Shown here: positions 36,901 to 50,780 of the stretch, piece by piece
How positions within the stretch are numbered: the stretch's first letter is position 1
Layout: every line of letters begins with the position of its first letter
Assembly (NCBI GenBank): GCA_051047955.1
Contig: JBPGPT010000001.1
Location: 248,001-312,000, forward strand
Direction: 5' to 3'
DNA length: 64,000 nt
Source of the DNA: Cystobasidiomycetes sp. EMM_F5
Lineage: Eukaryota
Program-made: the position numbers and the translations under genes
The notes under the pieces: model-generated
Told to the model about the DNA's origin: nothing
Database searches by the model: none
What the model saw: only the letters and a program-made list of their open reading frames with translations

Positions 36901-39426
36901 TTACCAGACTTTGCTCATGATCTTGTCCACCCGCTTCTTCGGGATGAGTGCCTCCCGAGCCTCGAACTGTCTCGCCAGGGTCAGAAATCACAGACACATT
37001 CGCGGATGAATACAACTCACGTCTTCGGTGTAATCGTTGATGTCTTGCAAATCAGTGACAAAATCGATCTCGTGTCCACGCCAGAAACGGGTACGCTTCA
37101 CAATCTTCCAACCGATGTAGATCGCAATGACAACAAAGATCATGCCGTCTGCGCAAGGGACCGCGATACGTAAGTCAGGTTGCCAGTGCGAATTGGTAAG
37201 AATACGTACATGCAAAGATGAATTGGTCAGCGGCGAAATTGCCGGGCAGGAAAAGCGTATATCCTGATATGCCAAGCACCAGGATAGACATTATAAGAGC
37301 GTACCATGCCGCAAATGGTTGGTACCGAGATGTGTACGGCAGGAATGTCTTCCTATCCAAGCCTTGGGCCTTTAAACCGGCATTGAATCGAATCCAGGTG
37401 GACGACATGATTATCCAGTTTAGTAATTGCGAAGCAGTGACCAGCGAGATCCACCACGTCAACACCTTTGCGGTCTGAAGACAGCGCGACATCAGCCTGA
37501 GGATGGAAGTCCAGTACATCTACGGAACGCACCCCGGCCGAGACTGATAGATAGGATAGAAGCGACAAACCGCTAGTCACAATGACGCAAAGGTACGGGA
37601 CACCATTTCTGTTCAGTCGTCTCAACACCTTTGGTGCCTGTCCAGCCAGTGCCAACGAGTATAGCGAGCGGGACGTGCCAAACATGTAGCTATTACCAGC
37701 TGAGACCTGAAGAATCCAATTCAATAAAGTTTCGAGCGCAGGATGGGCCATGATCACCTACAATACTGGTCGCAATCATCGCATTGACGATATCTGGCAG
37801 GACAGTAATACCCAGTCGACGCATCTGGATCATTAGGTTGCTGAAATCAGTCCTTATGATCAAAGGCGCCTAAAGAGCGGGGCGTACGCTGATTGTGTAC
37901 GGCGAGCGAGCTGCCGATGGCCCCAGACTGCCGATTAAACTGTGAGGCATTGTGAGCTTGGATTAACAACCTTAAGAAGAGTAGGAGCCTTACTCCTTGG
38001 CGTCGTATGGACAGACGATGCCTACACAGAGCGCACCAATGACAAAGAAGAAGACGAGTCGGTACGTGATGGACGTGAACGCTCTTGGCATCAGTTTTCT
38101 AGGGTTCTTGGCTTCTCCAGCGACCATGCTAATATATTCCGGCCCAGCGATAATGAAGGCTGCACCAATGACGCATTGGAGGAAGCCCTGGAAGCGTCCA
38201 AGTGATCCTTCGTTGAGATATTCACGCATTGCACCAGGTTCTTTCCAGAATCGGAACCCGTACACGTCGCGTTGAGGGTTACCGCCAACCATAGTTATAA
38301 AGGTGTAACAGATCATCATGAAGATGAGCGTGACTTTGCCAATAGCGAGCCAGAATTCAGCCTCGCCAAAAATGGATACAGACCTGCGGTATGACTCTCA
38401 GTCTTTGTATCATGCAATCTGTCTACCGCCTGGCCTACCAGATATTCAGCGCGAAATATACCGCGCACAGAACGGAAATAAGGATAGCCGGGTGGAGATT
38501 CGGTGCCCACTACATATGGAAGGTATTTTCAGCTACCTTTCTCCAATGTAACAATCTGGCAGGCCTCACGTAGCCAATGACGGTGTTGAAAATATTGATT
38601 TCAAAGCAGACCAATGCTGCCTGGCTGATGAAATCTGAAGAGGAGATATTGTCAGAAGGCTAGCTAAATTCCAGCATGCAATGTAAAGCTTCCTCACAAT
38701 TATAGCCCGCTGCCATTCCCCAAGCTTCGTCGACGAATCGGCCGGCAAAGCGGATGAAAGAACCGTCAACCGGTAGCCTATATTGAACGACGAGAATGGA
38801 AAAATGTGAGCCAATGCTGATGTTACCTTACGGTATGCGAAACGTACAAGGTGACCATTTCTACCTGACATTGAGCGGTTGCCCAGATGACCGATGCCCA
38901 AAAGGCGAACCCGAGGAGAAGACTGAGCGGGCCTATTCGTAGACGGAAATGATAAGCTCCCGAGAGTGCCGTTAAGCCTAGGACTCTGTAGACACACCGC
39001 CATCACGCAGAGAGTAGCCGATTCCGACGAAGAGAGCAGCACCTGTAGCAAGCAGACGACACCGGATCAGCATCGGATTGGATTCAAATGAATACGAGCA
39101 TCATCATGCACAGCTACGTGCAAGGCGTCCGCCCCATCTATTCGTGCAGAAGGATGCGACGACGGATCCTTGGTCACGTGACATGAACCGGAACGACCGG
39201 CGTCTGCAAAGAACCCGCAACACGTACCAATAGTGCCAGCAATAGCCAGTAGCTGAATCTGTCTGCCCGTCAGACGACGATGGTTGCGCATATCGTCGAC
39301 TATACTGCTCCTCTCATCATCGAGCTGCATCTTGCCGCTGAAAATTCCCTTTTCGTCTCCATCGCCATTGGTGAAGTCGACTCCTGTGCCCGCAAGCGGA
39401 TTGCTCTTGCTTGCTGCGAGATCCAT
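36901..39426 (-). CDS. APC-family (YAT) amino acid permease
   Basis: RLTGRQIQLLAIAGTIG, FGEAEFW, AGEAKNPRK, SAGNSY...SRSLY. Confidence 0.93.
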
Positions 39427-40317
39427 GATTGCGTGGCCAGTGGTTCAGGTGTGTTGTTGGATGACCAGCAAGCAATAATAATGGCGGAAACTTCTACTCG
39501 CATGCGAGGCCCATAATCCTAGGAAATCGATCATGTCTTTTCTTGAGCGCTTGGCTGGGTCTTGGATGCATGCACCTATGCATTGTATATCATATACACA
39601 ATTGAGATCTTCGCTGATTGATTGATTGCTGCTGTCTCGATAAGCGCAAGCGATTGATGTCACCAACGCGGCCAGGCACGGAGTGGGTACTGTCAGGTTT
39701 TCCCTGTGTGGAGAGGCTCAATTTCAAGCAGTCTAGTCTTTGCTTTGCACTGTATCGTCAGTGTTGTCAGTCGATTTCGTCATTTAGCGTTCGTATCTCT
39801 CTGTTAAGGTAGGTGCATACTTTATTAGTTTGCCATAAATATATCGTCAGCAAAAGCGAGAGGTGCAGAGGCGGCTTCATTGCGTTCCTCAACGTGGATG
39901 GATGGAGGAAAGCTAAGAGGCAGCCAGAGAGGCAGAGTGCTATCTGGGCATTCTCGCTTAATTCAAACGCGTGGGGGAGCCCTGCGTCGCGTCGACACGC
40001 CGACGAGCAAATGACTGAGGATGTCAGCTGGCTTCCGCGATGTTGTCGACATCACAATGTTAGTAGCGCAGTCTTTGTGACCGTACATCGAGTCGGTAGT
40101 ATTACCTGCCAGCGCGCAGCCGGAGCGCCATATAACACCATGGTAAAAGGTCATCGTCAATGCCACGTCAAAAAGTATTGAAGAATGGATGCTGTTGCTC
40201 CTCATGCACTTTAGTCGAATAGCTGGCGTGCTGATTGTTGGGAGCCCGGCGACCCTTGACCATGTGTTTGTTTTCTTGTAAACACGGCTTGCATAAGCCA
40301 CAAATGTATGAAACAGC

Positions 40318-43300
40318 ATGAGCGCAACGAGCACGCCAGGCCATGATAGAGCAAGGCCTTCTCTGCTGGCAGCAACGCGATCAAGCGGCCTGCCCGGTCC
40401 CCCAAATGCTGCGACGCCCGGTCGACGACGGTCGGCAATGTCGCCCAGCCAGTCGCCGTCAAAAGTAGGCATGGACTCTCCGCAGCTCTACAACGACACC
40501 GCGCAAATCGAAGTATCGTACGGGTCGCACATGGCCGCGCCAGAGATGGCAGGCTTGCGCAGAAAGAGCGGCATGAACGTCAACGGTCATGCATATGGCC
40601 AGAGCGTGACGGGAAGGTCAGCAACTCCCACGACCCCCGGTGCAGGTGTCCGGCCACCGTCATCGCTTTCCCACGTTTCAACACCTTCTGCAAGACTCGC
40701 AGCATTGCGCAGAGCGAGCGACGTGCACGGCACAACAAACGCCACCGAATCGATACATGCATCTATTGATGCCACGGACGCCAGAGTGGGCGACCGAGTG
40801 CGCGCAATGGGCTTCGAAGGCGTGCTGCGGTATCTGGGCGAGGTCCAATTCAAAGCAGGAGAATGGGCAGGCATCGAGCTAGGAGGGGACCATGCAGGAA
40901 AGGGAAAGAACGATGGTAGCGTACAAGGGTGAGTGGACTCTGCTGGTACATTGTTGCATTGCTGTAATACACGCTCATGTTTTGGATCAACAGCGTACAA
41001 TATTTTGCGTGCCCGCCAAATTGCGGTATATTCGTATTGGCGACAAAGCTAGAAGTCTCTATGCCACCTCCAGTCCGTCCGCCTTCGTCGCTCTCCTCTG
41101 CTGCTGGACCGACTCCTCGAAGAGCTACTGGTCGACCGTCGGCAGCATTCGTCGCACCTTCGACAGTGACTAGAGAGAAGGCCAAATCATCCACAGAAGC
41201 CAGCAAAGCCGCTGCCGAGAGGGTGACTGTAGGCTCAAAAGCAAGCAGCTATCTCAATGTTTCGTCTCGCGAACTACAAGCTCGGGAATTGTCCAAGGTT
41301 CCTGGACAGGAGAGTGGGCCTACGCAATCTACTAGCCCGCGAAAGTCAATTCCTGCATTGGGCGCCAGCGTGATGGGTACGACACCCCGTGCTACGCGTG
41401 CTGTATCTCGACCCAGTGTTGGTGGAACGTTTGCGACGCCTGGCTTGCCGCGGCGGTCGTTGGTAGGAGCTGGTGGTCCGGGGCCAAATACTCCTACGCC
41501 AGCCGTTCGACGGCCCCCATCATCTCTACGGGCGCGATCACCAGACATTCCTAGTGTACCTCCAATACCGGCCAATTTAAGCATGTCCACAACAAGTAAT
41601 GCGTCCTTCACTGGGGAAACATCGTTTTCTGGTCTGCCTACCCCTGCCGCCCGAAGATATACTGGGATTGCCCGACCATCTACTCCGTCCATGGCTCGTC
41701 CGTCGTCCCGCATGAGCAACGTCTCTGCAGCAAGAAGTGCTAGCAGAGCCTCGTCGCGAGCCAGTATGGTGTCTGCTTCATCACACAGTACACGCGACGA
41801 GCCCGAAGAAAATGGACTGGGCAACACCATCGGACGTGTTAATAAGCGTTCGGTGGAAGAACTGAACGAAGCGAACGAGGCTCTTACCGCCGCAAGAAGA
41901 GATGCAGAGCAGGCTAAGTTAGAATTACTCGAGACGCAGATGGAGCTAAAAGACCACAAGAAGCGCATCAGGAGTCTGCAGACTGAAGTGCAGGATCTGA
42001 AGCGGCAGGCGCAATCCAGCCGACTAGACGAAGCTAGCGCTGTGGATGACCGCGAAGCAGACAGAGAACAGTACGAGCAGAGGCTATTCCAATTACGCAC
42101 ATCCCTGGAGACTGCTCAGTCAGACCTAGCCGAAGCGGTAGCAGGCAGGGCAGGGCTAGAGGTAGAGACGAGCAAGACGCGGTCCGAATTAGACAAGCTT
42201 CGAGCTCGACAGGCCGCTCATGACAGGGAAAAGAAGGAGCTTGCCAATCAGGTTGACCAGCTCCGTACTGGAGGCAAAGAGCTTCTTGAGATATACGAAG
42301 CCAAATTGAGCGCCGAAGCGGCGATGCGCATGGACTCCGATGATGCTAGGCGGATAGCAGAAGACCTTGCCTATCAATTACAAGCGGAATTAGCAAAAGT
42401 TCGAAGTGCAGCGAGTACCGCTGCATCGCATGATGCGCATTCTACCGAAGCTCTCTTAGCTGCCTCTTTATCGGCCGGAATGCAAAACAAGCAAGAACAA
42501 GAGTCCGCTATCGCAATAGATAACGAGAACCTGCGTGCGGAAGTGGAGCACCTCACCAAGCGACTGTCGACCCTGGAGGAACAGCTATACGACGCACAGA
42601 GTCAAATAGAGCAGGGTCACGAAGATAAGCAGCGTAAACGACACGAGAGTAGTGAGACATTTGACAAGCTCAAGAAGGAGATTGCGGATTTGCATACCAC
42701 CGCGTCAGATCTGAGCGAGGAGAGACGGCAGTTGCGATCCAAGATTGCTGAACTCGATGAAGCCCTTGGCGAGAACAAGAATACACTCGAGACTGAAAGA
42801 GCCGAATTGGAAATGTTGCGCCGAGAACATTCGGATGCGCCGTTGTCCAACAACGATTTCCAGCAAATCCAGACAGAACTCGCTGCTGCGCAAAGAGAGG
42901 CTGCAACAAGAGCCGACGAGATTGCCGACCTCAAGGTGGAAATTGCTAGCCTGCAGGAAGAGCTGAAGTTGGCCGAAGAAATCAAAGAAGAGTCTGGCCC
43001 CTTGGCAGGAGACGTTGATCAAGCGACGGGCAGCAACAGTATCAAGCGCTCAGATAGTAATCAATTGAGGCATCATCGAGAGCTAGATGCTAAGAATTCC
43101 GAGTTACAACAGCTGCGCTTGCGTATCCAGCAATACGAGCTGGCTGCTGCACCGAGCATTGCAGAATCACTTTCAAGTCCAGGTCTACCGCTGTCGCCTG
43201 TTCACAGCACGGCCGTATCGGGCGCATCTGTCAGCCTCAGCCCCTCCCACGCTACTCAGTCATCCACATCTCCGTCATCTAGTTCGATGACCAGACGGAA

Positions 43301-44290
43301 GCGAGACTCGGAGATGTCTACATACTCCACAAATACGTCGCTATCGCGCAAATCGTCGTTCCAGAACGAAGCCACCACAATGCGAGACGAGATCAATGGA
43401 CTCAAACTGTTACTCAAAACGACCGAAGACGAGCGAGCGAGTCTTGCAAGTCTCAACAGTAAGCTCATAGCGGATGCGGACGCGCAAAAGTGAGTCCGGA
43501 ACCACACCCTTTGCGTTGCAAGCTGAGCGTTCGTTCGACTGTCTAGATCCGTGAAAGCCAGTCTAGAGGTCACTGTCGATCAGTGCGTCCAAGGCCCATA
43601 TGTTCCGACACGGGAAAAAGCTGAGATTTTGTGTCGGCAGACTCGCACGTCAAATGGGGACATCTGCAGAGGAACGCAATCTGAGTAAGGAGGTAGCAAA
43701 ACTGAGAGCCGAATTGAAGCAAGTTGAACGCGATAGCAAGCAAAGGATAAGTCAGTTGGAGGAGGAAGTTGAGCAAATGGAGACAGTCATGGTTGCCAAA
43801 ATCCACAGGGAGGGCGTCTTGGAAAGCCAACTCGAGGATACCAAGCAAGCATTGCGCGAGTCTCGACTAGGTGCTGGCGTAAATGGCGTGGCGAAGGCGA
43901 CAGAAGCAATATCAACAGGACACAACGCGCATACACAAGACGGTCGAGCATCCGTCGCCAGCTCCCGTAGCTCGCGTATTGAGCCAGACGATGACAAGTG
44001 TGAGGTTTGCGGAGGTTTGCATCCAATTGAAGTGAGTTTGCAGCGCGGGCGTCTTTCAAATTGTCTTGACCACATTTCCCTTCAGGACTGCCCAATCTTC
44101 GGCAGCACCGAGTCTGGCCCATCACAAGACAACAAACAGTCTGCGACTATACAGGGAGAACTGTATTGTGACGATTGCGAATCGCGCGAGCATGATCTCA
44201 AGTAAGCCTCTCATTCTAACCGTCCCCGCGATTCTCATCGCTTACTTCGCCGTCCACAGGGACTGCCCTCTGGCTAGCGATATTTGGTAA
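40318..44290 (+). CDS. CAP-Gly microtubule plus-end protein, CLIP-170/Tip1/Bik1-like
   Basis: WAGIEL...GKNDGSVQG CAP-Gly domain, S/P/R-rich region, coiled coil, and two C-terminal zinc knuckles (CEVCGGLH..DCP; YCDDCESREH..DCP). Confidence 0.88.
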
Positions 44291-44592
44291 AATGATATAC
44301 TCATGACCCTGCTACGCTCATGATATTACCACCGGCAATGTATGTGAACTTGGACAAGGGCCATCATGCGGAGACGACGTGATCAGCCCTCCGGATCATC
44401 GCGCTGGCTTTCAGTGAATCGTTGTTGTGACATTACACTATGTAGCATTCCATAGTCGTTTCTATTAGTCTAGTCCGGCACAACCCATCCCAACGACTCT
44501 CAGGCACACGGATGGATCGCGAAAGCGTCATCGCTGTCCACGGCACCCGCTTTTCCGACGTGATGGCTAGGCTTGCTCGCACTCAATCTTGA

Positions 44593-45632
44593 ATGCTCGT
44601 AGCTCGAACACTTCGAACATTCTCACTTCAATCTAGTCGTAACTCCATTCGACGCGCGCCCGCTTGCGTACCAGCTCTCTTAGCTTCGCTTCCCCTTCGG
44701 CGACAGTTTTCCGTACAGTCAAACCCGCTCAAGATGCCAGTCGACTCATCTGCAGCTGCGTCCAAGGACCCTTACGTTGGTGCGTCAACCGAGCAACCTA
44801 GACAGTGCTCATCGGTTTCGCGGGCTGGGCTGACTTGGTCTGCACCTTGCCAGAGGCGACCCATCAAGAAACGTCTCCTCAGGAAAAGATCGACGAAGTC
44901 AAGTGAGTGAGAGGCGATCAGAAGCATGGCTTCATTGCTGAGCGACTATGGTTTCGCTTGCTGCAGGAAAATCATCGGCGATGCTGGAGTAACAATGCTC
45001 GTTACGACCGGCACCGATGGCACCCTTCACAGGTCAGCGCGCATCTGCCGGAATGCGCAGTAGACTAATCAAATTCCAGTCGCGCCATGGCACCTGCCTC
45101 GAAAGATGCTCCATTCAAGTTTGAGTTCATCTTCAATTCGGAAAGTGGCAAATACGACGAAATCAAAGCCAATCCCCAAGTGAATATTGCAGTGTACGAC
45201 ACCAGGCAGGTTCACTCAAATCTAGTGTTTAACACCGACGGCCGACTAATTTGTACTCTTCGCGCAGCTCGACTAACTGGATCAGTGTAGCTGGAGAGGC
45301 CAAGATCACAAACGATGTTGAGCGCATCAAGCAAATCTGGAACCCATTGACCGCTTCGTGGTTCGGCAAACTTGATGAGGTAGAGCACCAGGCCTGCACC
45401 CAAGTATCACCAGCGCTAAGTCTGCTATACTTCGCAGAAACATGACGGGTCACCCACGGATCCTCGCGTTCAGCTCATCACCGTTGAGCCTTCCGAGATT
45501 CGTTACTGGTACAAGACCCAGACCAGCATTGGCCAGCTTGTCAACGTCGTCTACTCTGCCGCAACTGGCAAGACGGCAAACCCTGGATACCTTCGCACTC
45601 TTACCAAGTCTGAACTAGCACAGGCAAAGTGA
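44593..45632 (+). CDS. BLI-3 / general stress protein (PNPOx-like FMN-binding split barrel)
   Basis: MLVTTGTDGTLH..RAMAP, NWISVAGEA, WFGKLD..HDGSPTDPRV. A second in-frame ATG lies at 44734. Confidence 0.8.
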
Positions 45633-45978
45633 GGCCAAGCATAGCAAAACGAAGTAAATGTGTGTCAAATGTACCGATCAACACAGTTCGAATAAATTTG
45701 AACGTTTCATAGTCGTGCTTCTTGCGCTCGGCGCGATTGCCTACAATGATTCTCCATGATTTGTTAGCGGCTATCACGACACGGCCTTTCACTATCAGTT
45801 CAGAATGTCAGCGGTACATTGCCATGCTGACGCTAGGAATGCAAAATGTGAAGGAAGTGCCAAGCAACGACCTGTCCGCTCTTCAAGCTGCAATTGCTAC
45901 CTATTCTGCGCTTCACTACTAGTGCCCTTCACTACTAGTAGAAAGTCTAGCTCGACTATAAGCCTCAAAGACGATGGA

Positions 45979-46394
45979 TCAGGTGTAAGCACAGCCATAG
46001 TGAGACATCGCAAAGCCGGAAGGAGGACACCACCATGGATATGCTGAGTCTTGACACTTGCTCCCGTAGTTGGCAGGATCTGTCCGGACATCAAACGTTA
46101 CGCAGGAATGGACGAGACCACATTCGTAGCTGGCATAGCATGCATTGACGGAGCTGAGACACATGCGATGCGTCGACGTAAGTCAGCGGTATCCGAATGA
46201 GCCTTTGACTGGTCTTACCAGTCCGTGTCGCAATTGTCACACATGGGTTGCGTGGAGAATCCCGCTGGATCTAGATTGAAGCTGGACAGTACTGCGGTGT
46301 CATAGTTGCACGTTGCTGTGGTACTTGTAGCAAACACTTGGTGGAGACCTCCCGCAGCTAACGCAAGTAGGCCAGATGCAGTAGTAATCTTCAT
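45979..46394 (-). CDS. Small secreted protein with 10 Cys, two exons, unknown family
   Basis: MKITTASGLLALAAGGLHQVFA signal peptide. A GTAAGA...CAG intron joins ...MCDNCDTDC|SVNACYASYEC...GCAYT*. Confidence 0.75.
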
Positions 46395-46775
46395 ATTCGG
46401 AGGATATCAGCGTCACTTGCGAATCGAATGAGAGGGTAGTATGGAAAGCGTGAATGCAAGAGGTAAAGGCTGGCTTACGCAACGCTCGGCGCAAGATTTC
46501 GCCCCATCACTCGACATCCGGTGCGGGCGCGATGCTCGCCAGATGGCGCTTTGCCGGCGGCAGTGTTCCGACTCAATCCACCTCATGTAGCCATAGGCGT
46601 TGTACAGTATCGCGATGAAGTAGTTAGTCAATGGGCAGAGATCGGACAGAAGTAAGAGATTGTCATGCCACGCTGGCAGAGCGGAGGAGGTGCGGGAACA
46701 GGAGGAATTTATTCTCCTCATGGTCAGCTCTATAATATGAATGAAATGATTGCTTCGCTTTTTTGCCTCAATCGA

Positions 46776-49700
46776 ATGCAACAGCACGATGGCGGCGGCC
46801 ATTCATCCAACACACTGATATGCGCCCCTGTCACAGCACTCTCCTTCGTCACTGACACCTTCCTACTTGCTGGCCAAGGGCGCGGCTTGAAATTGTTTGA
46901 TGTGCCACGGAAACTGACATTGGTCGAATTGAACATATTCGAGCTGAATCGGATCCATGCAATCGTTATTGACCAACGCGTACGTGAGGATGGCACTATC
47001 AGAGCGCTCGTCATTGGAGGAAAGGAAGTCGCAGTCATCGCCGTAAAGCTGGATCAGTGGGTTGGCCAGGATATAATAACACCGTGTATTGACACGCAGG
47101 TTGAAAACTGTACAACTGCAGACCTAGCTTGCAGCTCACAGCACACTGGCACGTCGATGACTGGTGCTTAGCCGGATGCTTCATTGGGGTGCGTTTCCCT
47201 TAGGAGATCGGAGATAATGCCATGCTGACATTGTACCCCCGTGCAGGACGCTGAAATCTTATTGGTAACCTCACATAATGTGGTCGTGCGATATTGGCTA
47301 TCCAATGGTCGAGCCATACAGCTTCATCATCTGCACTGTGTAGAGCATCCTCTTCTGTGGTCCGCGTGCTTTACGTCTTCCGTATATGATGATATCGAGG
47401 ACGTGTACATCGCCTGTGGCACTGTCATGAAAGACATTCTCGTATGGCGACCACAGCAGAACCCAGCTGTGGCTCATGTAGAACACCGATTACGCAAGCA
47501 CGAAGTAGGTCTGAATGGATAGCGAGCTTTCTCCACTTTGGTGCAGTATGCTGATTTCTTCCAAAGGGTTCAGTCTTCTTCGTTCGCTTCTCGCCAATAT
47601 CGTCCCGGTCGTCCTGGGCTCTGGTCTCTGGTTCTGATGACCGTAGTTGCATCGTATGGAGGCGGTCCACACGCTGCAGGTATGTGATGTGTGCACTGCC
47701 GTGGCGCATTATTCTAATATCGGGACTACAATGCAGCGATATTACAGTTGAGACCCTACTGGGTCATACTCATCGTCCATGGCAAGCAGCATGGACTCGG
47801 GATGGCCGGAGTGTGATTACTGTAGGAGAAGTATGCACACTCACTATGTATAGTTTACCGCGTCTGACGTACTATGGCAGGACCGTCGAATTTTTCTTTG
47901 GGAGCTTGGGTCTAAAAACGAGAATGGGGTAGTCTTAACACCTGCTGCTGAAAGTCGCGCACACGAAGGGAAAAGCATCTGGAGCGTGGCTGCTTCCCCC
48001 GAGATAAGTCTGTTTGTATGTCCCGGAATTCCCACTACATGCTTCTGCCGACTGATCGCGACTTCCAGGCAACAGGCGGTGCAGATGGCGCCGTTCAAGT
48101 ACATCACCCGAAGTTCGCCACTATCCAAACATATGATCTCGGCAGTCAAGCTATACAAGCGTTCATCCCGCATGGCCAGTATCTCTTTGTCGTGTCAAAA
48201 TCCGGTTCGATTTACCGCTTTCACATAGCAAGCGGGGAAGTGACGCAGCTCTACACTCCAAACGAGCCTAGCCCTCAAACAATCGCTGTTATTGCCAGCA
48301 ATACCGAAAGCAACGGATCCAACCTGTGGCTATTCACTCGCAAAGGCATGATTACGCGAATCTCGCTTCAATGTGCGGCATCGCAAACCGCAGAGTCCTT
48401 GAGCCTGGGATTCTGCTTCATATTGGTGTGCAATCGTTGCATCAACGGTAAGTACGCCTGCGTTTGTTTGGAAACAGGACTGACAAGATCGCAGGTGTCG
48501 CTTGTTTCGTCGCGTACGATAGACAATCGGACTGCGTTGTTCTCATGCGCGAGTGTCGTGTAAGCCATTTATGGCTGTAAAAGATAGCCTAGACTAAACC
48601 GTTACATCAGAATTCTATCATCGAAGTCATGTCACGCAGCTCTCCGATACGCGGGCCCCGCACCCCGGCTTTCATCCGCTGGGTAAACGACACATTGGTA
48701 GCTCTTGCCGACTCCGTTGGCAGCATAAATCTCCTGCATATCACTTTCCCGCACGAGGATATACATGATTCGCTGCAAATCGCATACAATGGTCGGTTTA
48801 TAGACCGCGAGACACTCATGCTTGATGCCGTTGAAGAAGAAGGGCGGCACTTCCTGCTAGTCGGCACTGCGAATGCCTGTACGGTCTATGGTATCAGGTG
48901 TATAGCTAATGCTGTATCATTGGAATACGATCACACGACTTGTATTGGCAATGGCGCTGTGCGACAGGTCGGCCAAAACACGACTGACCGCTTCTATAGT
49001 CACTGATTGATCTATGACAGGCACTATATCCAAATCGACAAACGCACTATCTCTGTACCTCATCCGACTCCATTAAGCTGGTGGACAACACCGGAATGGT
49101 AGTGAGTATTGTGCGGCGCAGAATACAATGGAGCTTCCAAATTGACGAATTGTACGGAGGTCTACACGTTCAATGTTTCGAGCAAAGGCTTCTGGAACCC
49201 ACAGTGTTCGATTAATGGAGCCACTGCTCGAATGTTTGGGGCTTCGCCTACTTCTGTATCGTACCATTCCATCACCCTGCCTCCGCAGCCCACATTGCAA
49301 GCAGGACTGCATGGGACTGAAATCCGCTGCATCGCTTTGCATTGTTTGCCGGCCGGCTTTGGCAACTTTCTTCTATCTGCGACAGGAAGCGAGGACAATA
49401 CACTCAAGATTTCACTAGTCGATGATACAAATGTTTCCTTTCGCACACTATGGAGGGATTCGACTTTTGACGGAGCAGTACAGAACCTGACATGGAACGA
49501 CTCCATCACGCAAGCAGGAGATGCAATGCTGTTCGCTAGTGCCGCACGAGAAAGCTTGACTTGCGTGAGAGTCCGATTGAATGGCGATCATACACAACGT
49601 CCACAAGCGAAAGTCAAGCGGCTAGCGAGTGCGCCCCGTCAACCGAGCATGGACGAGAGTACTAGAATAATGACAATGGATGCCTGCACGATGCCTGATA

Positions 49701-50604
49701 GGACACTGGCCGCACACCTGATCCTTGCTGGATATTCTGATGGCTCGCTTGTCGTGCGTCCCGCTTCGTTCTCGCTCGAAGCGAGAGGTATATTAAGCTG
49801 TTCAATCTCCTGTACCACAGACGTGGAGCTACAACGAGAGCGAAGATCAGTTCGAACTCTTGACGAAGACAAATTGGCATGATCGGTGTTTGCTCTCAGT
49901 CAAGATGCTGCGGGTTGGAGTCGGGGACCAAGCGACCACTACGCTAGCCGTAAGTGGAGCAACGGACGGATGGTGAGCAATACGTGCGGCAAACCTACTA
50001 CGCTGACTGAGTAGCATCACCATCCTAAAGCATCTCAGTTTGGCGAGTACCAAGCGTTGCTTCCGCATCTGCTTCAACATGGGAGCCGAGACTCACGCTC
50101 GAGAAAGTACATCAATCGGGAGTCAACTGCCTTGATGTGAGATTAGCCAGCGACGGGCTGCTTGAGATTATCAGTGGCGGAGATGACGGGGATATCACCC
50201 TGTCCCGTATCAGCTACGATGAGACAGCCGGCTCCGATGCCCTCATGAGTATTCAACAATTTCGAAAGCAAGACGCGCATTCTTCATCTGTGAAGGGTCA
50301 GCCTTGTATTCTGCAGGTTACTGTATGCGCGCTGAGGGTGCATTCCGCAGGTATTGCTTTCCTGGACTCTTCCACCATCATCTCTACGTCGACGGATCAG
50401 CGCGCAATGACTTGGCGATTGCCATCAGTCGAAAGAGATGGCATTGTCCGCATGCACTCAGTCATCACGCAGGTGGCTGATGTAGCGTGCCTGAATGTAC
50501 TGAAACCCACTCGCTGGTCGTCGGTCGACAGTGCTGGAAGTTTGGTCGCTGTTTCCGGGATGGGGCTAGAAATGATTCGCATTCCGCAGCCGCCAACAAG
50601 GTAA
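46776..50604 (+). CDS. RTT10: WD40 protein WDR6/Rtt10(Trm734), Trm7 partner for tRNA position-34 2'-O-methylation
   Basis: APVTALSF..LLAGQG start, LLWSA, GLHGTEIR, ATGSEDN, HQSGVNCL, SGGDD, DQR, VADV. Start approximate. Confidence 0.85.
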
Positions 50605-50780
50605 ATGGCAACCTCGCTATAAATTTAGTAGTTTCCATTCGTCAGAGTGATGCACGTGGGAAGCCGCAGAAAGACAAATGATACTCCCATGTTGGTTGCA
50701 TTATATGGCAGTCTACAGTGCATGCAACGTGAGGTCTCATACAGCCACTGACGCAGAAATAATCTATTGCATCTCGTCTT

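Noticed and set aside
35512..39426. ARG3 plus amino-acid permease as an arginine cluster
   Set aside because: Permease specificity cannot be read from the sequence, and a single convergent pair is weak evidence.
41249..43022. Long antisense ORFs opposite CLIP-170, and similar ones opposite SEC61, YAK1 and eIF3c
   Set aside because: Shadow ORFs from codon structure, with no recognisable protein features.
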